Source: Candidatus Acetothermia bacterium (GTDB lineage: Bacteria > Bipolaricaulota > Bipolaricaulia > M55B111). Taken from it: a DNA stretch of 57,662 nt. A model generated the notes under the pieces. It was not told where the DNA came from. It saw nothing but the letters and a program-made list of their open reading frames with translations, and did no database searches. Location of the stretch: the NCBI GenBank assembly GCA_046543235.1, contig JBKGZT010000001.1, positions 1 through 57,662 on the forward strand, read 5' to 3'. The translations under genes were made by a program, and so were the position numbers. This document shows positions 1-9,462 of the stretch, piece by piece; position 1 is the stretch's first letter, and every line of letters begins with the position of its first letter.

Positions 1-94
1 GGATCTAGGCCCGGAGACTACTGATTCCGGTTTACCGGTTAGGCCGTTTATTCTCGATTACCGGGCCTGTATAATCTAACATTGTGATCCACAG

Positions 95-997
95 ATGAAG
101 AGAACGGCCGCCCTGTTTTTGGTCTTTCTGATCGGTGTTACCCTGACGTTCACCGCGTCCTGGGCTGCCGACGAAGAAATTTCGGAGTTGTCCGAGGACG
201 CCAGCCTTGAGGAGCTATTGCGTGCCGGGGAACAAGCGGCGGCGAAGGCGAGAAACGAGAAGAGAACGGAAGAGCAATTGAGGAAATCCATCCGGATTTT
301 CGAAAGGGTTGTCGAGCTTGACCCGGACAATACTCGCGCCCTGGAGATGCTTTCTCTTGGTTACTTTACCCTTGCCGAAGCGTACCTGGAGGAAAGTCGA
401 CAAAAGTCCGCCTACGAGAAGGGTTACGAGTTCGGACTGCGGGGTTTGCGGGCACACGAGGACTTCGAGGAGATCTATCGGGAAATCGGATACCCCGCCC
501 TGAAGAAATTGCCGGACTCCGTCAAGGACGTCGAGGCGTTATTTTGGACCGGGGCAAATCTCGGACGATTGGCGGAAAGGAAAGGAGTCCCGGAAGCCCT
601 CAACGATAACGATCTTCCCGCCCTGGTGACTCTAAACAGGAGGGTTCTCGAACTTGAAGAAACCTACCTGGGGGGCGGGGCTCATCGAAACCTCGGCACG
701 ATTGGTGCCGAAGTACTCGACAAGCTTCCTCTTACTTTCTGGCAGGTTCGAAGTAACGGGTTCAGCTGGGAGAAGTCGAAGAAGCACTTCGAAAAGGCCA
801 TAGAGATCGCACCAGGTTGCCTCGAGAACTACCAGGTCTACGCAAGGTATTACGCCCTGAATAGGGGAAAGGAGGAGAAGGCTCTGGAACTACTGGACGA
901 GGTACTCGAAAGACCTCTCGGGGATAAATACCCTCTGGTCAATGAGATAGCCAAGAGGAAGGCGGAATCACTTAAAGAAAAAATTCTGGACGGGTAA
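95..997 (+). CDS. TRAP transporter TatT-component-like / TPR-repeat exported protein
   Basis: N-terminal signal peptide (…TFTASWA-A) and helical TPR-like repeats. The segment LFWTGANLG…LELEETYLGGGAHR resembles the TatT family. Confidence 0.6.
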   Translation: MKRTAALFLVFLIGVTLTFTASWAADEEISELSEDASLEELLRAGEQAAAKARNEKRTEEQLRKSIRIFERVVELDPDNTRALEMLSLGYFTLAEAYLEESRQKSAYEKGYEFGLRGLRAHEDFEEIYREIGYPALKKLPDSVKDVEALFWTGANLGRLAERKGVPEALNDNDLPALVTLNRRVLELEETYLGGGAHRNLGTIGAEVLDKLPLTFWQVRSNGFSWEKSKKHFEKAIEIAPGCLENYQVYARYYALNRGKEEKALELLDEVLERPLGDKYPLVNEIAKRKAESLKEKILDG

Positions 998-1203
998 TGG
1001 TGCGTTTTAAGGGTTCCTCCGACCGGGAAGTGATTCTTTCGGCTTAACCGGAGGCGGGTTTCCGGTTTGACTGGTGGCGTTGAAGGACCTAACCGGGCGC
1101 TGTAGTATTATTAAAGATTTTGGCTTTCCGCTTGGGTCGGATCGCGCCGCATCGCTGTTTCGATTTCGTCAACAAATACAATAAGTTTTTAGGGGTGGAA
1201 TTT

Positions 1204-1686
1204 GTGGAACTAATTTTAACCGAAGAAGTTGAAGATCTGGGTGAAGTTGGAGAGACCGTGGAGGTTGCGGACGGTTACGGACGCAACTATCTGCTTCCCA
1301 AGGGATTGGCAGTGGAACCGACTACCGGTAACAGGAGACGATACGAAAAGGTTAGAAAGGAAATCAGCAAGAAAAAGGAAGAGAGGAGAGAGGGAGCCAG
1401 GGCAAGAGCGGATGAACTTGACGGACTGGAACTTACCTTTAAAAGGAAGGCCCAGGAAGAACACCACCTGTATGGTTCCGTCAGAAAGGGGGACATCGTC
1501 AGCGCCGTGGAAGAAGAAGCCGGCATTGGGATTACTCCTGAACAAGTTCAGCTGGATTCGCCGATCGAGGAACTGGGGCAATTTGGCGTCGAAGTAAGGC
1601 TCTACGAGGAAATTCACGCCAACGTAAAGGTAAACGTAGTGGAGGAGGAAGGAGAGGAAGAGGTCGAAGAAAAAGCAGAGGATTGA
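1204..1686 (+). CDS. rplI: 50S ribosomal protein bL9
   Basis: MELILTEEVEDLGEVGETVEVADGYGRNYLLPKGLA and the LYGSV motif. GTG start at 1204 after SD AGGGGTGG; the ORF-track start at 1120 is an overextension. Confidence 0.97.
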   Translation: MELILTEEVEDLGEVGETVEVADGYGRNYLLPKGLAVEPTTGNRRRYEKVRKEISKKKEERREGARARADELDGLELTFKRKAQEEHHLYGSVRKGDIVSAVEEEAGIGITPEQVQLDSPIEELGQFGVEVRLYEEIHANVKVNVVEEEGEEEVEEKAED

Positions 1687-1744
1687 TGGTTCTCCTCCTC
1701 ACCTGGAAGTTGAGGTCTCCCGGATCCCTGTAGAGGTAATTTAA

Positions 1745-3454
1745 ATGGATTCTGGTCTAACCAGGGCCCTGGTGCTGGCTGTTTTTGGCCTGGCCGCTTT
1801 ATCCGCGGTTTTGCTGACCGGTGGAGAGCCGGTCGTGTCCTTGAACGGCCAGCAACTCGACGGGCTGGAGGTTATTAGCACCTCGGACGGACTCGGGGTA
1901 CCTTTGAAGGAAGCAGCTCGCCTTTTCGGGGCCAGGGTTGATTCCGGCCGGGGGGACGGCTTTATCGTCGAATGGGGGAAGGCCGACTCCTTCTACGTTG
2001 ATGAAAAAAGACTGACTCGTTCCGGAACACATAATTTTGTCGATATAGATTACCTTGCGGAGAAGCTTGGCGGGGAGGTGACGGGGAGCGATAGGTCTCT
2101 GGACGTTAGAATTCCCCCTTCTCAGTTGCTGGCGGCTTCAGTCAGAGGCGAAGAAATATCACTGAACTTCACCAAGTACTCTACTTTCACCCGGTCCAAG
2201 AGCTCGACTGAGAGAACGGAAATTAAGTTCTTCAACGCGAAGAAGGGGGACGTAAAAGAAGCCATCGATCCTTCGCCGAACTCGACCGCGATCAGGTCGG
2301 TCCATATCCAGCAAGGGGAGCAGGGGGGGCTTACGCTGGTTGTCGAACACAGTAAAGGTGTCTCCTCCAAGATAAAGACTAGCAGAGGCGAATCGGGCTT
2401 CCACTTCACGCTCGATTTCCAACCCCCGGACGATGAAGAGGCCCCCGACGGCTCCCTGGTCACGGGGAGACAGGAGTTTTCCTTCAATCGGCTGCGGGTC
2501 CCGTTCGGTGGGCGAAATCATACGATCCGATACCTCGAGGTCTCCGAGTGGAGGGAAAACTATCGCCTGCTTCCCGTGGTAGCCGGTGGGGAACTTGGAA
2601 GTGGGAGTAGTCTCTCCCGCCTGGTCAAGGATAACCTGGGCGTGGCGGGGCTAAACGCCAATTTCTTTGACACCGGATCTTATTACCCGATCGGGCTGTT
2701 GGTCAAGGACGGCAGGCTGATCTCTAAGAACTGGGGTAATAGGGCGGCCCTGGGGGTCGATTATTTCGGTCGCCTCAAGTTCATCCGACCGGAGGTCGAC
2801 CTGTTCCTGCGAACACCCGGGGGGAAAATAAATATCGATGGCCTGAACCGACCCGCAGGAGATGACGAACTGGTTGCGTATACCGCGGAGTACGGGAATG
2901 ACATACCTTCCGGTTCCTCTTCCGTGTTCGTTAAGGTTAGGGAGGGAAATTTGGTATATAGATCTTTTTCTCCTCCTTCTTCCGTGGGGAAAGGGGAGAC
3001 GTTAGTGGTCGCTACCGGGGGCGCCAGGTCAAAGCTGGAGCCTCTGGAAAAAGGGGACGAGGTCGACTACGACTGGAGTATGGACCCACCCGTATCCCTA
3101 CTGCGTGGGGCGGTCAGCGGCGGTCCTCTGTTGATAAAAGGGGGAAGGAACGTGCTGGCGCTGGAGGAGGAGGATTTTACACGGAACAGCAGCCTCGTAA
3201 ATTCGGAGTCCACTCGTTCCGTCCTGGCTACAACCGGGGACGGGGAAATACTTTTCATGGTAATTTCGGACGAAGGGATAAGCTTAAAGGAGCTCCCTTC
3301 TTTGCTTCTGGATTCGGGCCTGAACATAGAAAACGCGATCGCGTTCGACGGCGGTTCCTCCGCCGGAATAACCTACCGCGATGGGACCCGTATTAAGTCG
3401 GTCGGCGGTCGAAGGGAGATCCCGGTGGGGCTGGTTCTCGTCCCCCGGTCCTGA
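1745..3454 (+). CDS. Exported phosphodiester glycosidase (NAGPA/DUF2233) family protein with N-terminal copper-amine-oxidase-N/AMIN-like region
   Basis: Signal or TM segment at the N-terminus. Family motifs AGLNANFF, GGPLLIKGG and NAIAFDGGSS. Confidence 0.8.
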   Translation: MDSGLTRALVLAVFGLAALSAVLLTGGEPVVSLNGQQLDGLEVISTSDGLGVPLKEAARLFGARVDSGRGDGFIVEWGKADSFYVDEKRLTRSGTHNFVDIDYLAEKLGGEVTGSDRSLDVRIPPSQLLAASVRGEEISLNFTKYSTFTRSKSSTERTEIKFFNAKKGDVKEAIDPSPNSTAIRSVHIQQGEQGGLTLVVEHSKGVSSKIKTSRGESGFHFTLDFQPPDDEEAPDGSLVTGRQEFSFNRLRVPFGGRNHTIRYLEVSEWRENYRLLPVVAGGELGSGSSLSRLVKDNLGVAGLNANFFDTGSYYPIGLLVKDGRLISKNWGNRAALGVDYFGRLKFIRPEVDLFLRTPGGKINIDGLNRPAGDDELVAYTAEYGNDIPSGSSSVFVKVREGNLVYRSFSPPSSVGKGETLVVATGGARSKLEPLEKGDEVDYDWSMDPPVSLLRGAVSGGPLLIKGGRNVLALEEEDFTRNSSLVNSESTRSVLATTGDGEILFMVISDEGISLKELPSLLLDSGLNIENAIAFDGGSSAGITYRDGTRIKSVGGRREIPVGLVLVPRS

Positions 3455-4974
3455 TGAAGCGGTTCACGCGTGACGTCGCTATAATTGCTGCCGCCACGGC
3501 GGTCTCGCGGGTATTTGGTCTGTTCAGGGACGTGGTGATTGCGGATAAATTCGGAGCGGGCCGAGCCTACGATGCCTACCTGATTGCGTTTTTCGTACCT
3601 CACTTTCTTCGTCGCCTGCTGGCCGAGGGAGCTCTTGCCCTCTCGTTCATCCCTATATATACGGATTACCTTCAAAACGACCCGGCAGAAGCGCGGAAAC
3701 TGGCTTCTAACGCATTTAACCTTTCCTTAATTGCGTTCCCGGTTGTTGTCGTGGTCGGAATAGGACTGGCACCGTACTATATTCCTTTCCTTGCTTCCGG
3801 CTTTTCCCCTTCCCAGCTTGAATTGACGGTGGAGCTGACGCGCGTTATCTTCCCCTTCATAGGGATTATTGGCCTTGCTGCCCTGGTCATGGGAATATTA
3901 AAGTCGAAAAAATCCTTCTTTCCGCCGGCTTTCGCCCCGGTTTTCTTCAACGTGGGCGTGATTTTGGGGGCGCTGTTTCTGGGTAGGTTTTTCTCCCGGC
4001 CGATATTCGGTCTGGCGATTGGCGTACTGATCGGAGGGCTAGGACAGCTCGGTTTCCAGCTACCCTACCTGAAGAAGGCGGGTTTCAGCTGGAAGCCAAA
4101 CTTCCTTCCGGTCCATCCGGGGTTGAAGAAGGCCGTGAGATTGATGGCACCTGTCGTAATCGGGCTTGTTGCCATGCAGGTCAACGTAATGGTGGACAAC
4201 AAGCTCGCTTCTCACCTGGTACCGGGTTCGGTCTCCTCTCTGCAATACGCTACGAGGCTCTATCAACTTCCGCTCGGACTTTTTGCGATAGCAATCTCTA
4301 CTGCCATCCTGCCCCGGCTTTCCGGTCTCTGGGCCGAGGATTCCCGGAAGGATTTTGCCGATATGCTCGACCGAGGGGTAAAATTCTCGCTGTTGATCGT
4401 GGTGCCGGCCGGAGCAGGCCTCTTCCTGCTTGGAGAACCGATAGTCGAACTGTTGTTTGAGCACAGAAGCTTCCTTCCTTCCGACACGGCAAGAACCGTC
4501 CACGTCCTGAATTTTTACCTGGTCGGACTGATCGGATACAGTTTTGTCACCCTGTTTTCCCGGGCTTTTTATTCGGTCAAGGACACGGTTACGCCCGTGG
4601 TAGTAAGCCTGCTGGCCGTTGGCGTTAACGTTGGCCTTGATCTGGCACTTGTGGAGCCGATGGAGGCCGGAGGTCTGGCACTGGCGACCGGGGTCAGCGG
4701 GGTGGTGAACGGTGGTTTGCTTATGGCGGTTTTCGGGTTCAAGACAGGGCTTGAAGGTTTTCTCCCCGACTGGAGATTCGTCCTTAAGGTGGCCGTCTCG
4801 GCCGCGCTTATGGGGATCGTGGTTTACGCCCTCAGGGAATACTCTCCCGTGAGAGGTAATTTCTTTCTCGTTCCCGCCGGAGTTATCTTTGGTGCAGGAA
4901 GCTACTTCGGTGCGGGTATGTTGTTCGGTTTGAAGGATACTTTCGTGGAAGAGCTAACTGGGCCGGGTGATTGA
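3454..4974 (+). CDS. murJ: Lipid II flippase MurJ (MviN)
   Basis: SRVFGLFRD, RRLLAEGAL and YATRLYQLPLG motifs, with about 14 TM segments. TGATG overlap with the upstream gene. Confidence 0.96.
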   Translation: MKRFTRDVAIIAAATAVSRVFGLFRDVVIADKFGAGRAYDAYLIAFFVPHFLRRLLAEGALALSFIPIYTDYLQNDPAEARKLASNAFNLSLIAFPVVVVVGIGLAPYYIPFLASGFSPSQLELTVELTRVIFPFIGIIGLAALVMGILKSKKSFFPPAFAPVFFNVGVILGALFLGRFFSRPIFGLAIGVLIGGLGQLGFQLPYLKKAGFSWKPNFLPVHPGLKKAVRLMAPVVIGLVAMQVNVMVDNKLASHLVPGSVSSLQYATRLYQLPLGLFAIAISTAILPRLSGLWAEDSRKDFADMLDRGVKFSLLIVVPAGAGLFLLGEPIVELLFEHRSFLPSDTARTVHVLNFYLVGLIGYSFVTLFSRAFYSVKDTVTPVVVSLLAVGVNVGLDLALVEPMEAGGLALATGVSGVVNGGLLMAVFGFKTGLEGFLPDWRFVLKVAVSAALMGIVVYALREYSPVRGNFFLVPAGVIFGAGSYFGAGMLFGLKDTFVEELTGPGD

Positions 4975-4975
4975 G

Positions 4976-5146
4976 ATAGTGTAGAAGCAACTGTGTAAAA
5001 TTAATTTATAGCTTTGGGAACCGTTCGACAAAACCAGGGATCAATTTCCCCAGCGGTGAAAGCCCCCTTTCCGATCTCGGCTCGCCTCCGATGGGATTTT
5101 CCTGAACGGTTTCCAAAGCTAGTTTTACACAAAAATGCTGCACTAT
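4976..5146. repeat. Long imperfect inverted repeat (about 170-nt hairpin) between convergent genes
   Basis: ATAGTGTAG(4976-4984) pairs with CTGCACTAT(5138-5146). TGTGTAAAAT(4992-5001) pairs with GTTTTACACA(5122-5131). TAGCTTTGGGAACCGTTC(5009-5026) pairs with GAACGGTTTCCAAAGCTA(5104-5121). Confidence 0.8.
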
Positions 5147-5216
5147 GGGGATTGACTGAGAACCTAAAAGTTCCCGCTAATCCGTTCCTGACACTCGACT
5201 TTACGGGGAGTTCCTC

Positions 5217-5855
5217 TCAACGTCGCCTGCTGATTTCTCCGGGAGTAGAGATGAGGGATTCCAATTTCTCGACCGGTTCGCCGGATCCTTCCTCCGGCAG
5301 GTCGTAGTCTTCCCTGGTTCTTCCAACTATTCCCTGTACCAGACGCCGAGAATCGTCGGAAAAGGCCTCGGCTACATCTATTAACCTCGAAGTCGCTTTC
5401 CTCATGGTTTCCCTCGCGATCCTTCCTTCTTCAATTAGGGGCTTCAGTTCCTCGAAAGCGAAGTCGGCGAATTGCGTCGTGGAACCGGGCACTTCGATTG
5501 TTTTGAGTTTGTTTTCCAGTCCCTCCAGCCCTTTTGTAACCTCCCGATCCGTCAGGGTCGTGTCCTCTCGAAAGTGGTAGTATATCACCGTCTCCAGTAT
5601 GCCGATTGCCTCGACCATCTCTCTGTCTTCTTCTTTCAGGATGTCTTCGTTTTTTTTCACCCAGACTTCCCTGTATGGCTCGGCCTGTTTTGACTGCTGG
5701 AATTCCTCGTGTTTTTTGAAGTAACGACAATCCGGAGGACAGCTTATGTCGACAGCCCTGTGTTCCCCGCAGCACCTGCTGCAGATCATTCCACCCAGAG
5801 CTGGACATTCCCTTTTGCCTTTTCGTTTTCCGCCGTAAACGCAAGTTTCGGACAT
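5217..5855 (-). CDS. Hypothetical protein with N-terminal Cys-rich (putative metal-binding) domain
   Basis: CVYG…CPALGGMICSRCCG…CPPDC contains 7 Cys. It lies 5 nt downstream of dxr on the same strand, with SD GGAGGT. Confidence 0.8.
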   Translation of the reverse strand: MSETCVYGGKRKGKRECPALGGMICSRCCGEHRAVDISCPPDCRYFKKHEEFQQSKQAEPYREVWVKKNEDILKEEDREMVEAIGILETVIYYHFREDTTLTDREVTKGLEGLENKLKTIEVPGSTTQFADFAFEELKPLIEEGRIARETMRKATSRLIDVAEAFSDDSRRLVQGIVGRTREDYDLPEEGSGEPVEKLESLISTPGEISRRR

Positions 5856-5860
5856 CTGAC

Positions 5861-7039
5861 CTACCTCCCGAGTTTTCCGCGCTCTATAAGCCTGTCGACT
5901 GCTCTCCTGGCTTGCTCGTCAGTCCTCTTCAATTCGTCCAGGCCGGGACTGCTGACCTTCTCGACTTCTTCCAGTACCAGCTCCAGACCCCTGGCAATAT
6001 CACCGAATTTTATCCCACCGGCCAGGAACTCGTCAATCAGGGACTCGTCCGCCCCGTTGACTGCCGCTGGGGCGTTATCACCGATTCTGCCTGCTTCGAC
6101 TATCACGTCGAACGCGGGATATCTGTCGGTACTGAGCTCTCTGAATTCCAGGCTACCGACCTCCGCCGGGTTCAGGCGCTCGTAGTCGTTCTCCCTCCTG
6201 CGGGGATACGTAAGGGCGTACTGTATGGGTACTTTCATGTCCGGTGGGCCGATTTCGCCCATCATGGAACCGTCTCTGAACTGAACCAGGGAGTGGATGA
6301 CGGATTGGGGGTGGACGACGGCTTTTATCCCGTCGTAGGGAATCCCGAAAAGCCAGTGGGCTTCTATTACCTCCAGACCCTTGTTTACCATCGATGCCGA
6401 GTCGCAAGTAATGCGGCTACCCATATCCCAGTTCGGATGGTCCAGGGCCTCTTCGGGAGTGGCATCCTCTATTTCCTCGAGCGGGATCTCCAGGAACGGG
6501 CCGCCGGAGGCGGTTATTAGCAGTTCCTCTACCTCCTCCCTGCTTCCCGATTCCAGGGCCTGGAAAATCGCGTTATGCTCGCTATCTATAGGTATCAGCT
6601 CGGTCCGATGTTCCTCGAGCTTCTCTTTCACGAGCCTGCCGCCTACCACCAGGGATTCCTTGTTGGCCAGCAGCAACCTGTCTGCCTTTCCGATCCCTTT
6701 GAGGGTGGGCTCAAGGCCGAGGAAGCCGACCAGCGAGTTTACCAGAGTTCCGCCCTCGGAGAAGGAGGAAAGGTAATTTAGCCCTTGGCGACCGGTCCTG
6801 ATGCTCAGCTCGGCTGAAACCATGCCCAAGAGGTCTTCTTTTTCCTCTTCGCCCTTTACGGAAACCACTTCGGGCTCGTACCTGCGAATCTGTCGTGCCA
6901 GCAGGGAGGTATTGGAACCACAGGCCAGGCCTTTTACGTTGAAATGCTCCTGACCATTCTCGACTAACTCACTTATTACTTCCAGAGTTTGAGTACCTAT
7001 GGAGCCGGTGGAGCCGAGAACTACTACGTCTTCAGCCAT
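5861..7039 (-). CDS. dxr: 1-deoxy-D-xylulose 5-phosphate reductoisomerase
   Basis: LGSTGSIGTQTL, LANKESLV, PIDSEH, TASGGPF, HPNWDMG and NKGLEVIEAHWLF motifs. Confidence 0.98.
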   Translation of the reverse strand: MAEDVVVLGSTGSIGTQTLEVISELVENGQEHFNVKGLACGSNTSLLARQIRRYEPEVVSVKGEEEKEDLLGMVSAELSIRTGRQGLNYLSSFSEGGTLVNSLVGFLGLEPTLKGIGKADRLLLANKESLVVGGRLVKEKLEEHRTELIPIDSEHNAIFQALESGSREEVEELLITASGGPFLEIPLEEIEDATPEEALDHPNWDMGSRITCDSASMVNKGLEVIEAHWLFGIPYDGIKAVVHPQSVIHSLVQFRDGSMMGEIGPPDMKVPIQYALTYPRRRENDYERLNPAEVGSLEFRELSTDRYPAFDVIVEAGRIGDNAPAAVNGADESLIDEFLAGGIKFGDIARGLELVLEEVEKVSSPGLDELKRTDEQARRAVDRLIERGKLGR

Positions 7040-7048
7040 AATTGTTTC

Positions 7049-8965
7049 CTAGGTGATCCCGGCCGGGAGGGCCGCCTGATCGAGTATCTCTTCCAGTTCC
7101 TCTCCTTCCAGTTCCTCAAGTTCGATCAACCTCTCCGCCAGGTTGTTCAGGACCTCCTTGTTATTGTCGAGGATCTTTCTGGCTTTGCCGTGGCATTCTT
7201 CAACTATGCTTCGGATTTCCTTGTCGACCAGCGAGGATACCTCCTCGGAATGCTCGTTGCTCTTAACTATCTCTTCTCCAAGGAAGACGTTTCCGTTGTC
7301 CTGACCTAGGTTAATCGGTCCCAGCTTGTCGCTCATCCCGTATTCTACGACCATTCTCTTTGCAATGTCGGTCGCTTTTTTGAAGTCGTCCTGGGCCCCG
7401 GTGGTGACATCGTCGTAGACGAGTTCTTCAGCAGTACGCCCACCCAAAAGCGTGGTTAGCTTGTCCAGCAGTTCTGATTTGGAAACCAAAAACTTTTCCT
7501 CGAGAGGGAGCTGGAGGGTAAAGCCAAGTGCTCCGTTACTTCTCGGTACTATCGATATCTTGTGAACCGGATCGGCGTTTGGCAGGAGTTTACCTATCAG
7601 CGCGTGCCCCGATTCGTGGTAGGCGATTTTTTCCTTCTCTTCCTCGCTGATTGCCATTCCTTTGCGCTGGACTCCGGCTATTACCCGATCTATAGACTGC
7701 TCGAAGTCGGTCATTTCGACTTTTTGCTTCCCCTTTCGGCCTGCCAGGAGGGCGGCTTCGTTCGCCAGGTTTTCCAGGTCGGCGCCTACAAAGCCGGGAG
7801 TACGTCGGGCCAGGACGTCCAGGTCGACGTCGTCCGCTGTTTCCTTGTTCTTCGTGTGGAGTGCTAATATTTCCTTCCTCCCCTGTATATCCGGGGAAGG
7901 TACGGTTATCTTTCTATCAAATCTCCCCGGACGTAGCAGTGCCGGATCGAGCACGTCGGGTCTGTTGGTCGCGGCAAGAATTATTACTCCCTCGTTTGGG
8001 TCGAATCCATCCATTTCGGACAAAAGCTCGTTCAGAGTCTGTTCTCTCTCGTCGTGGCCGCCACCCAGCCCGGCTCCGCGCTTCCTGCCGATGGCATCCA
8101 GCTCGTCAATGAAAATTATCGACGGCGCGTTTTTCTTCGCCTTTTCGAACATGTTTCTAACCCTGGATGCCCCCACCCCAACGAACATCTCGACGAAGTT
8201 CGATCCGCTTGTCTGGTAAAAGGGCACGTTGGCCTCCCCTGCGATCGCCCGTGAGAGGAGGGTCTTTCCTGTACCGGGAGGTCCGACCAGTATCATACCT
8301 TTCGGTACCTCCGCTCCCAGCTTCTCGAACCGCTCGGGGTTTTTCAGGTACTCTACGATTTCCTCGACCTCTTCTTTCACCTCTTCGACGCCCGCAAAGT
8401 CGTCGAAACTTACCTCCGAAAATTCCTTGTTGACGAGATCGGCTTTGCTCTCACCGAAGTTCAGGGCGTTGTTTCCCTGCATGCGGCGCATCATAAATAC
8501 CCAGAGCCCAATGATCAACAGAACGGGCAGGAGGGAGATAAGCAGCGAGAAGAACCAGTTGCTATCGGAGGCCTCCTCGAAGGTGACCTTGACGCCCTGA
8601 TCCCTCAGCCTGTCGAGGTAATCCGTCGATTCCGTAGGACCCCTTGTGACAAAGGTGCCGCCGCTTTTATAAGTACCGCTTATCATTCCTCCCTTGATCG
8701 TGACCTCAAGGACGCGCTCGTTTTCGACCTGGCTGAGGAACTCGGTGTAACTGATTTCATCCTGGGCCGACGGAGAGTTAAAGAGGGTCTGGAAGAGTAT
8801 CAAGGATAAAATGATTGCCCCAACTATAAGTGCGATATTTCTGAAATTGTTATTGTTGTTGGGGAAGTTGAACTGCCCGCCGTTATCTTTATCGTCTCGT
8901 TCCGGGCCTTTACCGGGTTGGTCCGGCCGGTTAAAGTCGTTGTCGAAGTCGTTATCCTCGTTCAA
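7049..8965 (-). CDS. ftsH: ATP-dependent zinc metalloprotease FtsH
   Basis: Two TM segments, Walker A GPPGTGKT, Walker [21 protein letters not shown] and HESGH zinc motif. Confidence 0.98.
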   Translation of the reverse strand: MNEDNDFDNDFNRPDQPGKGPERDDKDNGGQFNFPNNNNNFRNIALIVGAIILSLILFQTLFNSPSAQDEISYTEFLSQVENERVLEVTIKGGMISGTYKSGGTFVTRGPTESTDYLDRLRDQGVKVTFEEASDSNWFFSLLISLLPVLLIIGLWVFMMRRMQGNNALNFGESKADLVNKEFSEVSFDDFAGVEEVKEEVEEIVEYLKNPERFEKLGAEVPKGMILVGPPGTGKTLLSRAIAGEANVPFYQTSGSNFVEMFVGVGASRVRNMFEKAKKNAPSIIFIDELDAIGRKRGAGLGGGHDEREQTLNELLSEMDGFDPNEGVIILAATNRPDVLDPALLRPGRFDRKITVPSPDIQGRKEILALHTKNKETADDVDLDVLARRTPGFVGADLENLANEAALLAGRKGKQKVEMTDFEQSIDRVIAGVQRKGMAISEEEKEKIAYHESGHALIGKLLPNADPVHKISIVPRSNGALGFTLQLPLEEKFLVSKSELLDKLTTLLGGRTAEELVYDDVTTGAQDDFKKATDIAKRMVVEYGMSDKLGPINLGQDNGNVFLGEEIVKSNEHSEEVSSLVDKEIRSIVEECHGKARKILDNNKEVLNNLAERLIELEELEGEELEEILDQAALPAGIT

Positions 8966-9119
8966 GCAAACTCACCTCTTAACTCAGGAATTTTACGACA
9001 GGGATTGAATATTCTCAAGTTCGTGGAACATGCAGGAATAACCGTTGCAGGGGCGTTAGATGATACAAAAACTTCCAATGAAAGGTAAATCTTTTGTCAC
9101 TCAGCTCTTTAAAAAAATT

Positions 9120-9195
9120 TGGCAGTCCCGAGGGGATTCGAACCCCTGTCGCCGGGATGAGAACCCGATATCCTAGGCCACTAGACGACGGGACC
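9120..9195 (-). tRNA. tRNA-Glu (anticodon CTC)
   Basis: Reverse complement GGTCCCGTCGTCTAGTGGCCTAGGATATCGGGTT-CTC-ATCCCGGCGACAGGGGTTCGAATCCCCTCGGGACTGCCA folds as a cloverleaf with encoded CCA. Confidence 0.97.
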
Positions 9196-9200
9196 GGGTT

Positions 9201-9274
9201 TGGCTGGGAGAGGAGGATTCGAACCTCCACTAACGGGTCCAGAACCCGCCGTCCTACCATTAGACGATCTCCCA
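9201..9274 (-). tRNA. tRNA-Gln (anticodon CTG)
   Basis: Reverse complement TGGGAGATCGTCTAATGGTAGGACGGCGGGTT-CTG-GACCCGTTAGTGGAGGTTCGAATCCTCCTCTCCCAGCCA has the U1-A72 pair typical of tRNA-Gln and an encoded CCA. Confidence 0.97.
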
Positions 9275-9285
9275 CAGCCGGACAA

Positions 9286-9313
9286 ATTATACCAAAGGAG
9301 GATATTAGATCAA
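9286..9313 (-). promoter_or_regulatory. Sigma70-type promoter for the tRNA-Gln/tRNA-Glu(-ftsH-dxr) transcript
   Basis: TTGATC-16 nt-TATAAT with an extended TG motif, 11 nt upstream of tRNA-Gln. Confidence 0.7.
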
Positions 9314-9396
9314 CTCAGTTTTTCCTAAGCGTAGTTAAGAATCTAAAACTCATAATTAGCCGGGAAGTCTCCTGCCCCGGGTTACGGATTCGTCTT

Positions 9397-9425
9397 TTGC
9401 CAATTGACGCGTTGTCGCCTATAAT
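9397..9425 (+). promoter_or_regulatory. Sigma70-type promoter for MEMO1-yicC-gmk-acpS
   Basis: TTGCCA-17 nt-TATAAT. Confidence 0.65.
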
Positions 9426-9462
9426 TTCGTTGGATTTCGTAAGTAAACTAAGGAGGGGGACG

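Noticed and set aside
5014..5307. 97-aa ORF over the long inverted repeat
   Set aside because: It has no SD or recognisable motif and overlaps a convergent gene. The hairpin explains the region better.
8840..8965. Asn/Asp-rich low-complexity FtsH N-terminus
   Set aside because: Disordered N-terminal extensions are common in FtsH.
9015..9275. 86-aa minus-strand ORF
   Set aside because: It is a chance translation across the two tRNA genes.
9094..9462. 123-aa N-terminal extension of the MEMO1 ORF
   Set aside because: It runs antisense through the tRNAs. The promoter (9397-9425) and SD point to ATG 9463.
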